DNA of 52,249 nt from IMG/VR virus record IMGVR_UViG_3300035135_001583, positions 1 to 52,249 of that record; one strand, written 5' to 3'. The position numbers were made by a program, and so were the translations under genes. The notes under the pieces were generated by a model. It searched no databases and was not told where the DNA came from. It saw only the letters and a list, made by a program, of their open reading frames with translations. Of this stretch, positions 8,456 through 17,347 are shown piece by piece. The stretch is from a virus (Duplodnaviria; Caudoviricetes). How positions within the stretch are numbered: the stretch's first letter is position 1; each line of letters starts with the position of its first letter.

Positions 8456-9318
8456 TAGAAGCTACCTGACTTATTTCCGATTTCGCCAAACGGGTTGCGT
8501 TCAGAGAAGTCAATGACATCATCTGCTTTGAACTCGATAATAGCGTTATCGTCATACTGAACAGACTCGATCTGAATAGTGGTGAACGATTGAATTTCAC
8601 CAGTACCATTAGGACCAGTGACAGTTTCTCCCTCTTGGAATGCGCCCTTGGGATAAACAACAGTTAGTTTACCAGTACCGCTATCGAAGGAGACGACAGT
8701 GCCAGAAGCACCGCCACTTGAAGTGAAGTCTTCACCTTCGCTGAACGTACCTGTAACATTAACAAGTGTGATCGGGAAGGTATATGCTTCTCTTTCAAGT
8801 TGATCAACCGCAGCATCTCCAGTCTCGAAGATCGTGTTACCACGCTCCGCCAGTTCAGCTGTGATTGTATAGAAGTAAACTTTTCCGAGTTGGAAGAAAG
8901 GTTGCTCCTTTTCTACGAATTTGATTTCGTAGTTGTCCCCAGTCAAAGGATAATGAATAATATCGCCCTCTTGAGGACGGTCTGGGAGTTGTGGATTAGC
9001 AGCATCTACTTCGTTCCATCTATTGACAGAAACGATAAACGTAGCTTCATCAGTGATACGGAGACCAAACTTGGTAACAAGTTCAGCATTCATTCCACCA
9101 AATCCTTCTACGTTTTGCAGAAGCATCTCCACTACATATATATCCGAAAACCTCGATAAGACGACATCATTAAGAACATCGTCCGTGATCATATTGCGAG
9201 GAACATACTTGACATCGCTGCCAAATAGTTTGATTTGCTCGTCTACAAGATCCTGAACAAGACCTTGCTCTCCAGTTGTACCACCGTGGTAGGTGGGAAA
9301 ATAAGGACTAGTAGGCAT
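8455..9318 (-). CDS. gp14: Neck protein (head completion)
   Basis: EQGLVQDLVDEQIKLFG, RPQEGDIIHYP, FFQLGK, DFSERNPFG. Confidence 0.93.
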   Translation of the reverse strand: MPTSPYFPTYHGGTTGEQGLVQDLVDEQIKLFGSDVKYVPRNMITDDVLNDVVLSRFSDIYVVEMLLQNVEGFGGMNAELVTKFGLRITDEATFIVSVNRWNEVDAANPQLPDRPQEGDIIHYPLTGDNYEIKFVEKEQPFFQLGKVYFYTITAELAERGNTIFETGDAAVDQLEREAYTFPITLVNVTGTFSEGEDFTSSGGASGTVVSFDSGTGKLTVVYPKGAFQEGETVTGPNGTGEIQSFTTIQIESVQYDDNAIIEFKADDVIDFSERNPFGEIGNKSGSF

Positions 9319-10121
9319 TACCCAATAAGATCAAGGGGCGGAATAGCGTAAGTAGAAAGAATCTCGGATTCGATCTTCTCAAGATCACTCATCGCCTCGG
9401 TATAGATTTTCTCACCGTTAAGGGTGATTCCACCAGGCAACTGAACATTATTATATTTTGTTAGGTTTTGACCCCACTGCTTTTTAATCAAAGCAGTAAG
9501 GTACTTCTTCATAAACGGGTCGTTATAGATTTGAGTGTATGAAGCAGGATCGAGCGCACGATAGCACTCGATAATAATGAACTCTCCTTCCTTGATATCT
9601 TCTGCAGCAGTGTCGAGATATAAACGATCTTGTCTCTGATTAAAACGATACTGGATAAAGGTGCCATTATTCAGCACGTGATCAAGAGTCTCCAGATAAC
9701 TCTTTGTCATATAGTAGTTGAGGATATCAATAGATCCGAAATGATAGAGATCATTCAGGAAGATTTGATATTCGATACCAAATAGATTACCTCGGATACC
9801 ACTAGACTTAATGCCAAAAATCCGATTAATTCCATAAACGTGTTCAGGGATAGCAATGTAATTGTCTCTCTCAACCCAGTCAGTTCCACTGACAGTAGTA
9901 GTTTGGTTTTGAGATTTAAAGCGTGTTACATCTGCTGCAGTGACTTCGTGCTTCAACAGCATCTTTTCGGTGCCGTTATAAGTCCACTCAGCAAATTTTT
10001 GCAAGGCGTCATCTGTCAGATCGTCGATCTGCTCTTGTGCGACATTAATCTGCAGAACAGGTTCGCCAAGCTGACGTTTGCAATACTCTTGTAATTCAGT
10101 TCTCGTACTTGGTGACGCCAT
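9318..10121 (-). CDS. gp13: Neck protein (head-tail adaptor)
   Basis: YCKRQLGEPVLQINV, KKQWGQNLTKY, LPGGITLNG. Confidence 0.95.
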   Translation of the reverse strand: MASPSTRTELQEYCKRQLGEPVLQINVAQEQIDDLTDDALQKFAEWTYNGTEKMLLKHEVTAADVTRFKSQNQTTTVSGTDWVERDNYIAIPEHVYGINRIFGIKSSGIRGNLFGIEYQIFLNDLYHFGSIDILNYYMTKSYLETLDHVLNNGTFIQYRFNQRQDRLYLDTAAEDIKEGEFIIIECYRALDPASYTQIYNDPFMKKYLTALIKKQWGQNLTKYNNVQLPGGITLNGEKIYTEAMSDLEKIESEILSTYAIPPLDLIG

Positions 10122-10126
10122 CGCAC

Positions 10127-10159
10127 AAAAATACCCTTCCTAGTTATTTAGGAAGGGTA
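10127..10159 (-). terminator. Hairpin plus T-tract with late promoter CTAAATA overlapping the loop, just before gp13
   Basis: Minus strand TACCCTTCCTA-AATAAC-TAGGAAGGGTA-TTTTT; CTAAATA at 10151-10145. Confidence 0.75.
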
Positions 10160-10166
10160 GTATTTA

Positions 10167-10373
10167 TCAGTCTTCTGTTTCGGTAAGAAGTTCTCTTTCG
10201 GGAGATTCTTCAGGAGACTGCTGATCTTGGAGAATGTTCAGACCCTCTACAGCACCTTGGAGTTTAAGATAACGCTCCTTAGCAGTTGCGAGCTTCTGTT
10301 CATAATCAGCAATTTCTTTCATCAGGTCTTTAGCCTGAGTCGAGAAATTAAGAATAAGTTCTTCAGTGGTCAT
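10167..10373 (-). CDS. Small coiled-coil protein
   Basis: 68 aa with heptad pattern LMKEIADYEQKLATAKERYLKLQGAVEGL. Confidence 0.8.
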   Translation of the reverse strand: MTTEELILNFSTQAKDLMKEIADYEQKLATAKERYLKLQGAVEGLNILQDQQSPEESPERELLTETED

Positions 10374-10391
10374 TGGGTTTCTTTATTACGT

Positions 10392-10417
10392 AAAAAAGAG
10401 GGGACCGAAGTCCCCCC
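10392..10417 (-). terminator. Intrinsic terminator with C-UUCG-G tetraloop
   Basis: Minus strand GGGGGGAC-TTCG-GTCCCCTC-TTTTTT downstream of the 1792-aa gene. Confidence 0.9.
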
Positions 10418-10427
10418 TAGTATAGAG

Positions 10428-10434
10428 TATTTAG
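10428..10434 (-). promoter_or_regulatory. Late promoter CTAAATA
   Basis: tatttag on plus strand in the intergenic region. Confidence 0.5.
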
Positions 10435-10460
10435 TTGTCCAGGTCAATCGGTTTCCCGTA

Positions 10461-13400
10461 TTATGCCTGAGACTCACTCCAGGAAATACGACCTGTAACC
10501 GTGAAGGGCGAGGAGTTGTTCACACCCGTAAGGTCCACAGGTTCTGCGACCACAGTCAGGAGGTCAGGTCCGTTCGGGAAGATACCGTCGCCACCAAGGA
10601 TGGAGTTACCCATTTCAATGATGGAACTAATATCGTACGAAGTAGCACCTGTTCCTCTGACGTTACTGGAGTCAGTTTGACCACCAGCAGCACGGAAGGA
10701 GAAGATCTCCAGACCGCCCGCGTATGTGTCGTCCACCGTGTGCTTAATAAGCTGGGACAGTGACGGAGGTGCCACGTCCAGGTAAGTATCGGTAGACAGC
10801 GACGGGTTCAGGATCAGTTTGATTTCGCACTCGTGCGTGTTCACAACGTCAAGAGAGTTGAGTTGCAACTGCATTCGGTTGATAATCTCACGTTCACCCA
10901 GTCCGCCAGACAGCGAGGAGTCCACAGAAGGCGACAGGCGAATAGACACCAGCGGAATCTGCGAAGGCACCACGTTATCTGTACCAGAAACTGCACCAAC
11001 TGAGAAGAGGGTGCTGTTAGGAACAGCGGGGTTGCCCAGAGCGGAGTTGATGATGCTATAACCTCTGTTGTACTGGAACGTGGTGTTACCCTGTTCGTCA
11101 ATGTACAAGAAGTCAACCTCAAGTCTACCGCCAGAGATTCTAGAACGATAGATGGAGCGACCATCCACGAACCAACCGTTAGCAATGCTGCTCTGATACA
11201 CGGTAGTACCCTGTGTCAGCTTGCTGCTCTCCGAAGTCGGGAAGTAGGTTCTGATGTAGAAACGCTGGTTTCTAGACCATCCTTCACCCACGTCATACTG
11301 ACGGAGAATGGCGCTGGACTGGTTGGTGGTAGCGTTCTGTGCAACTTCGTTGGTAAACTTAAGCAGGTTACCAGATGCAGTAAACAGGTACGCTTTGTCA
11401 CTGTCGAATCTACCATCGGTGATAACAGAAGTACCCCAGTGGAACAGAGACGGGATGTAAGTCGGAATACCCACGTTTTGGATCTCGTAACGAGCGGGCA
11501 AGTTACCAGATCTGAAGTATGCTTCCGTCAAGCGGTTGTTGTGCTTGAATTCGTGCACGTACTTCACGTGACCGTTTTGATCCTTAAATCCGAAGCGGAT
11601 CTTACCTGCACCATACCAGGAATAGTCCATATACGCCATCTGAATCTTGGTGATATCCAAGATGAAACCAGACGGACCAGAACCATCACAGTTATCAACG
11701 TTCCACGCACCCTGAGGTGCCTTGGTGTCGATAGTCTTCGTGAGAATAATATTCTCAGCAGTGATGCCCTTGTACTGAGGCTGGATGATGATTGAGTTGT
11801 CGTTCACGATACGAATCACTTTATGTGACTGACCGCGAATAGCAACATAATCATTTTCGGTAAGCTGGGACAGGAATGTAGTATCGTCACCGTCAACCAC
11901 GTTAGAACCGCGAGTCACGGAAACGCGACCTGTCAGCTGTGTGGTAGAAGAACGACGGACACAGTTCAGAACCTGACCATCATACTCGAAGTACATACCG
12001 TTCTGGAAGTCGTACATACCGCAGCGAACATTGGAGTTCACCCAGTTGAGTACGTGATATCCAGTGAAACCACCTGCAGCAGAAGCAGAAGGTGCGTTGT
12101 CAAGGATGTACGTGAATTGGAATTCGTTGTCAATAGTTGCAACCTTGAAGGAACCGTTGTAGCTATAATCAACGGAATCCACAACACGGATGTTGGTGTC
12201 AACTTCCAGGTTGTGTGGCAACTTGGTTTCAACGATAACTCTATGGTATGTAACACCGTCCACATAGGGCGAGTAGTACATACGAATAGCAGGTTGCTTC
12301 GGACAGAAGTTGATAGCGAGCGAACACTGGATACCTTTACCTGACTGGTAACGGAAGTATCTACGTGTCTGTCTCACAATCTGACCGTCAGGAGACTTAC
12401 TGGTACCAATCTCCATACCACCGTCGAACGGTCTGTGGAGGAAGTATCCATCAGGACGCACGTAAATCGCGGTATCGATGAAGTACTCGGTATCACCAGC
12501 AGAATTGACAGCACCTGTCGTGAAGGTTGCTGCGTCATCAATCAGCAGTTGGGTATCGTCCTTAATTGCGGAGATCTGAGACTCAACAATAGTGAAGGTA
12601 CCTGCGCTGTTGTTGTCGATGTAGCGGAACGGATCGCCCACCTTGAAGTAACGTGTGAAGTTGGTTTCTGTACCAGTGACAACACGGGAACCCGTGGTGA
12701 CTGCGATAGTACCAGCGCCAACAACACGACCGTCCATATTGGTGTGGATGATCTTCTGCAGCGGAGTCTGAGAACCACCAGTCGTCAGTTGCACGTTAGT
12801 GCCTGTGAGCGAACCAGCAAGGGTCTCGGACAGTTTGATGTGGTCTTGGTCAACCACAATCACGAAGTAGTCACGGTTGTCGATCAGACCACCAATGGTA
12901 GTACCACCAGCATCCTGATAGATCACGCGCTGACCAGTCTTCATAAAGTGATTCTCGATGCGCAGGGTGTGATCTGTAGTATCTACAACACCACCAGAAC
13001 CTGTGTCGCGGGAATCGAAGGTCTTAGTCGTAGGAACGATTTGGAACGGAACATCAACCACCAGTTGAGTCTGATCCTTAACTTCGTCCACGGTGTAAGC
13101 ACCGTCAGTTGCACCGAAGGCAGCAGTCTGGTTCTCAAACACCTGTACGCCAGAACCACCAGAAGTAACGTCAATCTCGCCACCAGGATAGGTGAAGCTA
13201 GCAGTCGAACCCAGTGCGAAGCGATCGTTGGAAACGACCTTCACATAGTACTGTGCGTTAGGTGTGAGGTTACCGATTGCGGTACCTGCAGTTGTATAGA
13301 ACAGACGCTCACCGTTGGACAGGTTATGGTTCTCGTAGAAGAACGAGTTTCTATTCGGGTTCAGGAAGATACCCGTCATACCATACTGACCTTGTGCGTC

Positions 13401-15839
13401 CATCAGACGATAAGGAGACGAACCTGTAGAAGGCTTAATACGGAAGCGGTTGTTGTCAACTCTTTCCACATAAACCGTTGCGGGCATCGTCAGTGTAGAG
13501 ATACCAGTCTCACTTGTGTAGTAGCGAGGATCGGAACCAGAGGTTCTAGTCATCGCGACCTGATCGTTGGTGGTAGCACCGTGATCGGGCACATAGAAGG
13601 TATCGTCATCATTGGAACGATCCTGAACCATCATCAGGTATGCGTTGCCATAGTAGTCTTGGTTATAACCCCAGACCCAGGAACCGTGACCGCGATAGTA
13701 TGCCCACCACCAGTCATAACCGTAACGGAAGTGGAATCCGTTGTTAGCGTCCAGAGAGTAACGATAACGATAGCGGTTAGAGCGATAGGTGCTTCTATCA
13801 TACAGCGGGTTGAAGTTACCGTTGTTCAGCGAAGTCGGAGACTCGGGCAGGTAATCATCATAGTTCCAACCAGGAGACCAACCCCAAACGGAGTTACCAC
13901 CGTTGTACCAGTTGTTGTTGAACTTACCACCATAGTTGGAGTTGTTCAGGTTACCAGAACCGTTATACTGGCGACGGTCCATAGTCAGGAAGTATGCAGC
14001 ATTCCAGTTGGAGTTGGAAATACCACGGTTTCCGCTGACATCCCAGAAGTCGCGACCAGAGTTGTTGGAACCATAGTTCCACGCCATCCAACGATAACGC
14101 CAGTACCAGTCCCACCACGGTTTTTCGTCGGTGTGGTATCTGTGAACCAGTGCAAAGTTGTGCTTACCGTAGTTGTAAGTAGCAGGGGTACCTTGCAGTG
14201 AAGAACTATCGTTCGTCAGGTTAATGATACCGTTCTGACCAGGGTTACCACCGTTGGTAGCATTGAAGTAGGCGTTAGACAGTTTGATAACTGCAGTGCC
14301 GCCATCAGCAGAAGAAGTAGACTCCACACGTGTGAAGTAGATACCATTACGCTGAAGGTTCTCAATAGCATAGTCACCAGCATTCGGATAGTACAGCAGG
14401 CAGTAGCGGTTACGCATACTGTTTGCGTTTGTACCCGTCAGGGTGATGGTGCTGTTGGTGTAGTCGATGTTAGAATCATCAACTGTCCACAGTGCTGTTG
14501 GTTTATAATCATATGGCTGATACTGTGACATATCAGGAGACAGTGTTGCCGAGAAAGTATTCTCGTAGTCAATCACTGCACGTCCGTCAGATGCTGTCGC
14601 AGTGGTGTTGCCAATAGACAGAATCTTCGGAGAGATCGTGTTAACGAAGTACAATGCAGTACCGTCGCTAAAACCGTTCTCGTACTGCGTAGAAAGAACA
14701 ACCTTGGATGTACTTACAGGATTAAAGTTGATCTCAAAACCAACGCCTGTGTTACCTGCAGTGGCATCATATGCATACAGTGTGGATGGAGTGTTGGCAG
14801 TGACGAAGATACGAACATAAGAGTCCGCAGTACCTTCAGTACCTGCAACATATACACCATCTGTGTATGCAGTACCACCACCGTGGATACCGTCTGCTGT
14901 GGTAGAAACTCTAAACGGGTGCCCGATGTTAGTCGCGCTATCCAGTTTAAAGATGTACATACCGTTCTTGTTTACCACGAACGGATCGCCGCCAGGGATT
15001 GCTCCATCGATGGAGAAGTAATCCTGACCGCCAACGCTCTCAACGGTAACGGTATACTCGAAGGTATCTGCCACGATGCCCTTATCAGTCTGAAGACTAA
15101 TAGCGGAACCTTCGTAGAAGAGACCAGGAATAATAGATGTATACGAACCAGACACATCAGCAGAAATGCTCTGTGTGGCGCGTGCCTTATAAGTAAATGT
15201 CGTGACAGTCGGCACAGACTGAATCAGGTAAGAACCTTCAGCAGTTGTGGTTGCCAGACCTGTAACTACGATAGGCACACCTGCAGTCAGGGAGTGCTCG
15301 TACAGTGTCGTAACTGTAACGATATCGGAGTTAGCTTGTGTTTGAACACTAGCGATATAAGGAATCGTAGTGTCAGAGGTTGCGGAGTATGTGGACGGAA
15401 TATTGTTCACAAGCTGAAGTGTTTCCCACTTCGTTGCCTGCGGACCATATTCAAAGTCCGTATCAATCATAGTCTCAGGGTTGGAAACTCTGAGCTTGGA
15501 CACAGGGTCCACAAAGGTTTCGGAAGGTTCAAAAGTAGCATAATAATTTTCGACGAAAATTTGCAGTTCGTCGGTGTCATTCATCGTGCTAGTATCAGTA
15601 GCAAGAGTAATGACAGTCTCTTCAAATTCCGAATTATAATCGCAACCATCACCGTTTACAGTTGTCTGCAGACCCTTAGTGGGGTCGGAGAAGTTGTAAA
15701 GGATCTCGTTGTTGGTAATATTAGTAATGAGAAGAAGTCTCTCACCAATAATATTATCCTTAATTGTGACCGTACCACCCGTAAGTGTATTAGGGTCATA
15801 CGGTACAAAGGTATAGTCAGTGACTAGTTTCTTTGCCAT
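10461..15839 (-). CDS. Large modular virion structural / fibre protein (1792 aa)
   Basis: FVDPVSKLRVSNPETMIDTDFEYG; repeated beta modules (HNLSNGERLFY...YYVKVV, HFMKTGQRVIY...YFVIVV); RQTRRYFRYQSGKG and YSWYGAGKIRFG lectin-like region; inside the fibre block. Confidence 0.85.
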   Translation of the reverse strand: MAKKLVTDYTFVPYDPNTLTGGTVTIKDNIIGERLLLITNITNNEILYNFSDPTKGLQTTVNGDGCDYNSEFEETVITLATDTSTMNDTDELQIFVENYYATFEPSETFVDPVSKLRVSNPETMIDTDFEYGPQATKWETLQLVNNIPSTYSATSDTTIPYIASVQTQANSDIVTVTTLYEHSLTAGVPIVVTGLATTTAEGSYLIQSVPTVTTFTYKARATQSISADVSGSYTSIIPGLFYEGSAISLQTDKGIVADTFEYTVTVESVGGQDYFSIDGAIPGGDPFVVNKNGMYIFKLDSATNIGHPFRVSTTADGIHGGGTAYTDGVYVAGTEGTADSYVRIFVTANTPSTLYAYDATAGNTGVGFEINFNPVSTSKVVLSTQYENGFSDGTALYFVNTISPKILSIGNTTATASDGRAVIDYENTFSATLSPDMSQYQPYDYKPTALWTVDDSNIDYTNSTITLTGTNANSMRNRYCLLYYPNAGDYAIENLQRNGIYFTRVESTSSADGGTAVIKLSNAYFNATNGGNPGQNGIINLTNDSSSLQGTPATYNYGKHNFALVHRYHTDEKPWWDWYWRYRWMAWNYGSNNSGRDFWDVSGNRGISNSNWNAAYFLTMDRRQYNGSGNLNNSNYGGKFNNNWYNGGNSVWGWSPGWNYDDYLPESPTSLNNGNFNPLYDRSTYRSNRYRYRYSLDANNGFHFRYGYDWWWAYYRGHGSWVWGYNQDYYGNAYLMMVQDRSNDDDTFYVPDHGATTNDQVAMTRTSGSDPRYYTSETGISTLTMPATVYVERVDNNRFRIKPSTGSSPYRLMDAQGQYGMTGIFLNPNRNSFFYENHNLSNGERLFYTTAGTAIGNLTPNAQYYVKVVSNDRFALGSTASFTYPGGEIDVTSGGSGVQVFENQTAAFGATDGAYTVDEVKDQTQLVVDVPFQIVPTTKTFDSRDTGSGGVVDTTDHTLRIENHFMKTGQRVIYQDAGGTTIGGLIDNRDYFVIVVDQDHIKLSETLAGSLTGTNVQLTTGGSQTPLQKIIHTNMDGRVVGAGTIAVTTGSRVVTGTETNFTRYFKVGDPFRYIDNNSAGTFTIVESQISAIKDDTQLLIDDAATFTTGAVNSAGDTEYFIDTAIYVRPDGYFLHRPFDGGMEIGTSKSPDGQIVRQTRRYFRYQSGKGIQCSLAINFCPKQPAIRMYYSPYVDGVTYHRVIVETKLPHNLEVDTNIRVVDSVDYSYNGSFKVATIDNEFQFTYILDNAPSASAAGGFTGYHVLNWVNSNVRCGMYDFQNGMYFEYDGQVLNCVRRSSTTQLTGRVSVTRGSNVVDGDDTTFLSQLTENDYVAIRGQSHKVIRIVNDNSIIIQPQYKGITAENIILTKTIDTKAPQGAWNVDNCDGSGPSGFILDITKIQMAYMDYSWYGAGKIRFGFKDQNGHVKYVHEFKHNNRLTEAYFRSGNLPARYEIQNVGIPTYIPSLFHWGTSVITDGRFDSDKAYLFTASGNLLKFTNEVAQNATTNQSSAILRQYDVGEGWSRNQRFYIRTYFPTSESSKLTQGTTVYQSSIANGWFVDGRSIYRSRISGGRLEVDFLYIDEQGNTTFQYNRGYSIINSALGNPAVPNSTLFSVGAVSGTDNVVPSQIPLVSIRLSPSVDSSLSGGLGEREIINRMQLQLNSLDVVNTHECEIKLILNPSLSTDTYLDVAPPSLSQLIKHTVDDTYAGGLEIFSFRAAGGQTDSSNVRGTGATSYDISSIIEMGNSILGGDGIFPNGPDLLTVVAEPVDLTGVNNSSPFTVTGRISWSESQA

Positions 15840-15869
15840 TTTTTGTCCCTAGGTTTTAATGAAAATGAA

Positions 15870-16097
15870 TCAGCCACCGAGTGCGATGGACAACGCAGCA
15901 ATAGTTGACGTGATACCCACGCCACCCACTTTGAATGTTTTATTAGTACCAGTAAGGTTCACGTCGCCGCCGATGTCCAGGTCCCCAGTGATGTTTCCCG
16001 TAGCGATGTTACGCAGATTTCGAGACCCGTCAACGACTTCTGTACCAGCGACGGATAATCCGTTCTTGGCATTAAAATTTATGTTTGACGTTGCCAT
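15870..16097 (-). CDS. Short fibre adaptor protein (75 aa)
   Basis: N-terminal NFNAKNGLSV, C-terminal AALSIALGG; own late promoter. Confidence 0.8.
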   Translation of the reverse strand: MATSNINFNAKNGLSVAGTEVVDGSRNLRNIATGNITGDLDIGGDVNLTGTNKTFKVGGVGITSTIAALSIALGG

Positions 16098-16144
16098 CGT
16101 GGTTCCCTTTCCCCCGATTGGTTCGGATATAGGTTTTCAAATTC

Positions 16145-16152
16145 TATTTATA
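16145..16152 (-). promoter_or_regulatory. Late promoter TATAAATA
   Basis: Perfect T4 late consensus (tatttata on plus strand). Confidence 0.8.
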
Positions 16153-16156
16153 GAGA

Positions 16157-17326
16157 TTACACATTCATTGTGAATCGAGTGAACTGAATAAATGTTCCAA
16201 CAGTTGCAGTCGTTTTGACGAGAACATTACCACCTGTAAGTTCAACGTCGAATGTCGCAACAGCGACCCCAGGATTAGTATGAACATCCGCAAACATTGT
16301 CACGAATGCATCAGTGCCATTATGTGTCACAATGATCTCGCTTGTAGAAACATTGCCGCCATATGAAGCGTGAACAAGATACTTAGCACCTCTGACATTC
16401 GCTGCAGTCAGAGTATCGAAGGTATCTGTAGCACTAGTAGTGGTGATTGAACCAGCAGAAATACCAGTATAATCAGTAATATTAATATGGTCAGTAGCGT
16501 TGTTAGTCTCGATCTGAACATAGGTCCCAACCTTAAGTTGCTGACTAATTAACATATTAAAGTTGCAAGACGTTTCTCTGTTGAGAGTAATACCAACATT
16601 ACTTGCAATCAGTGCTGGAGTCCCTGTATTATTTGCATTACAGAGCTGCATTATGTTTCCAGCACCTACAATATTTGTAGTAGTACCATTCTGACCAATG
16701 GTCAGTTGGTTATTCATAATTACTTCACTACCATTTAACTGAATAGAACCATTCAGTGTGGTATTATCAGACTTAAGTACAAGACTTTGATCTGCACCAG
16801 TAATTGTGGGACGATCGTTGTTAGTTCCCCACTGTACAGCGTTTGTAGCATCCAGTTCTATTGCGCCAGCAGAAACAGTAAGGCGACTTGTAGGAGATGC
16901 GCTACCAATACCAACACGGTGATTGATTTCATCCACCACCAATGTGGAACTATCAATAGAGATAGCACCATTAACGTTTAGACCACCCATTGTAAAGGTG
17001 GCACCTTGATTTAACTTAACGGCATTGATCGTACCATCAGAAGGCTCACCAACATCAATAGTGTCACCGATAACAAGACCAAAGAAGTCGATACCAGGGT
17101 TAGGAGGATCGGAGAACGTAATCTGGTCATTATTAATTTGATAGGAAACATTTGCTTCCTGCATCACACCACCAAGTGAGATGAGAAGTTGCAAAGGCGA
17201 ACCAGGGAAAATTACCTGACCACCAACACGCAAGTTGAATGTAACTGCCACACCATTGAACTGTGAAGCAACGTCATCCAATTTACGGATGTTACCAATT
17301 TTAGGTGTAATGCCTAAGTACGCCAT
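16157..17326 (-). CDS. Tail fibre-like protein
   Basis: MAYLG start; SQFNG...SLGGVMQE...ITFSDPP domain; RVGIGSASP fibre motif; C-terminal AKYLVHA...SEIIVTHNG domain. Confidence 0.85.
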   Translation of the reverse strand: MAYLGITPKIGNIRKLDDVASQFNGVAVTFNLRVGGQVIFPGSPLQLLISLGGVMQEANVSYQINNDQITFSDPPNPGIDFFGLVIGDTIDVGEPSDGTINAVKLNQGATFTMGGLNVNGAISIDSSTLVVDEINHRVGIGSASPTSRLTVSAGAIELDATNAVQWGTNNDRPTITGADQSLVLKSDNTTLNGSIQLNGSEVIMNNQLTIGQNGTTTNIVGAGNIMQLCNANNTGTPALIASNVGITLNRETSCNFNMLISQQLKVGTYVQIETNNATDHINITDYTGISAGSITTTSATDTFDTLTAANVRGAKYLVHASYGGNVSTSEIIVTHNGTDAFVTMFADVHTNPGVAVATFDVELTGGNVLVKTTATVGTFIQFTRFTMNV

Positions 17327-17340
17327 TTCCTTTTAAAAAT

Positions 17341-17347
17341 TATTTAT
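17341..17347 (-). promoter_or_regulatory. Late promoter ATAAATA
   Basis: tatttat overlapping the stop of the Gly-rich gene. Confidence 0.6.

Noticed and set aside
13640-14145. Possible diversity-generating retroelement target (Asn/Tyr-rich segment)
   Set aside because: No reverse transcriptase and no near-identical template repeat seen in this window, and the segment is internal rather than C-terminal. A template elsewhere in the genome cannot be excluded.
12435-14201. 588-aa plus-strand ORF, and similar ones at 14883-15827, 32142-33047 and 27038-27643
   Set aside because: Antisense shadows of strongly codon-biased minus-strand structural genes; no promoter, RBS or recognisable protein motifs.
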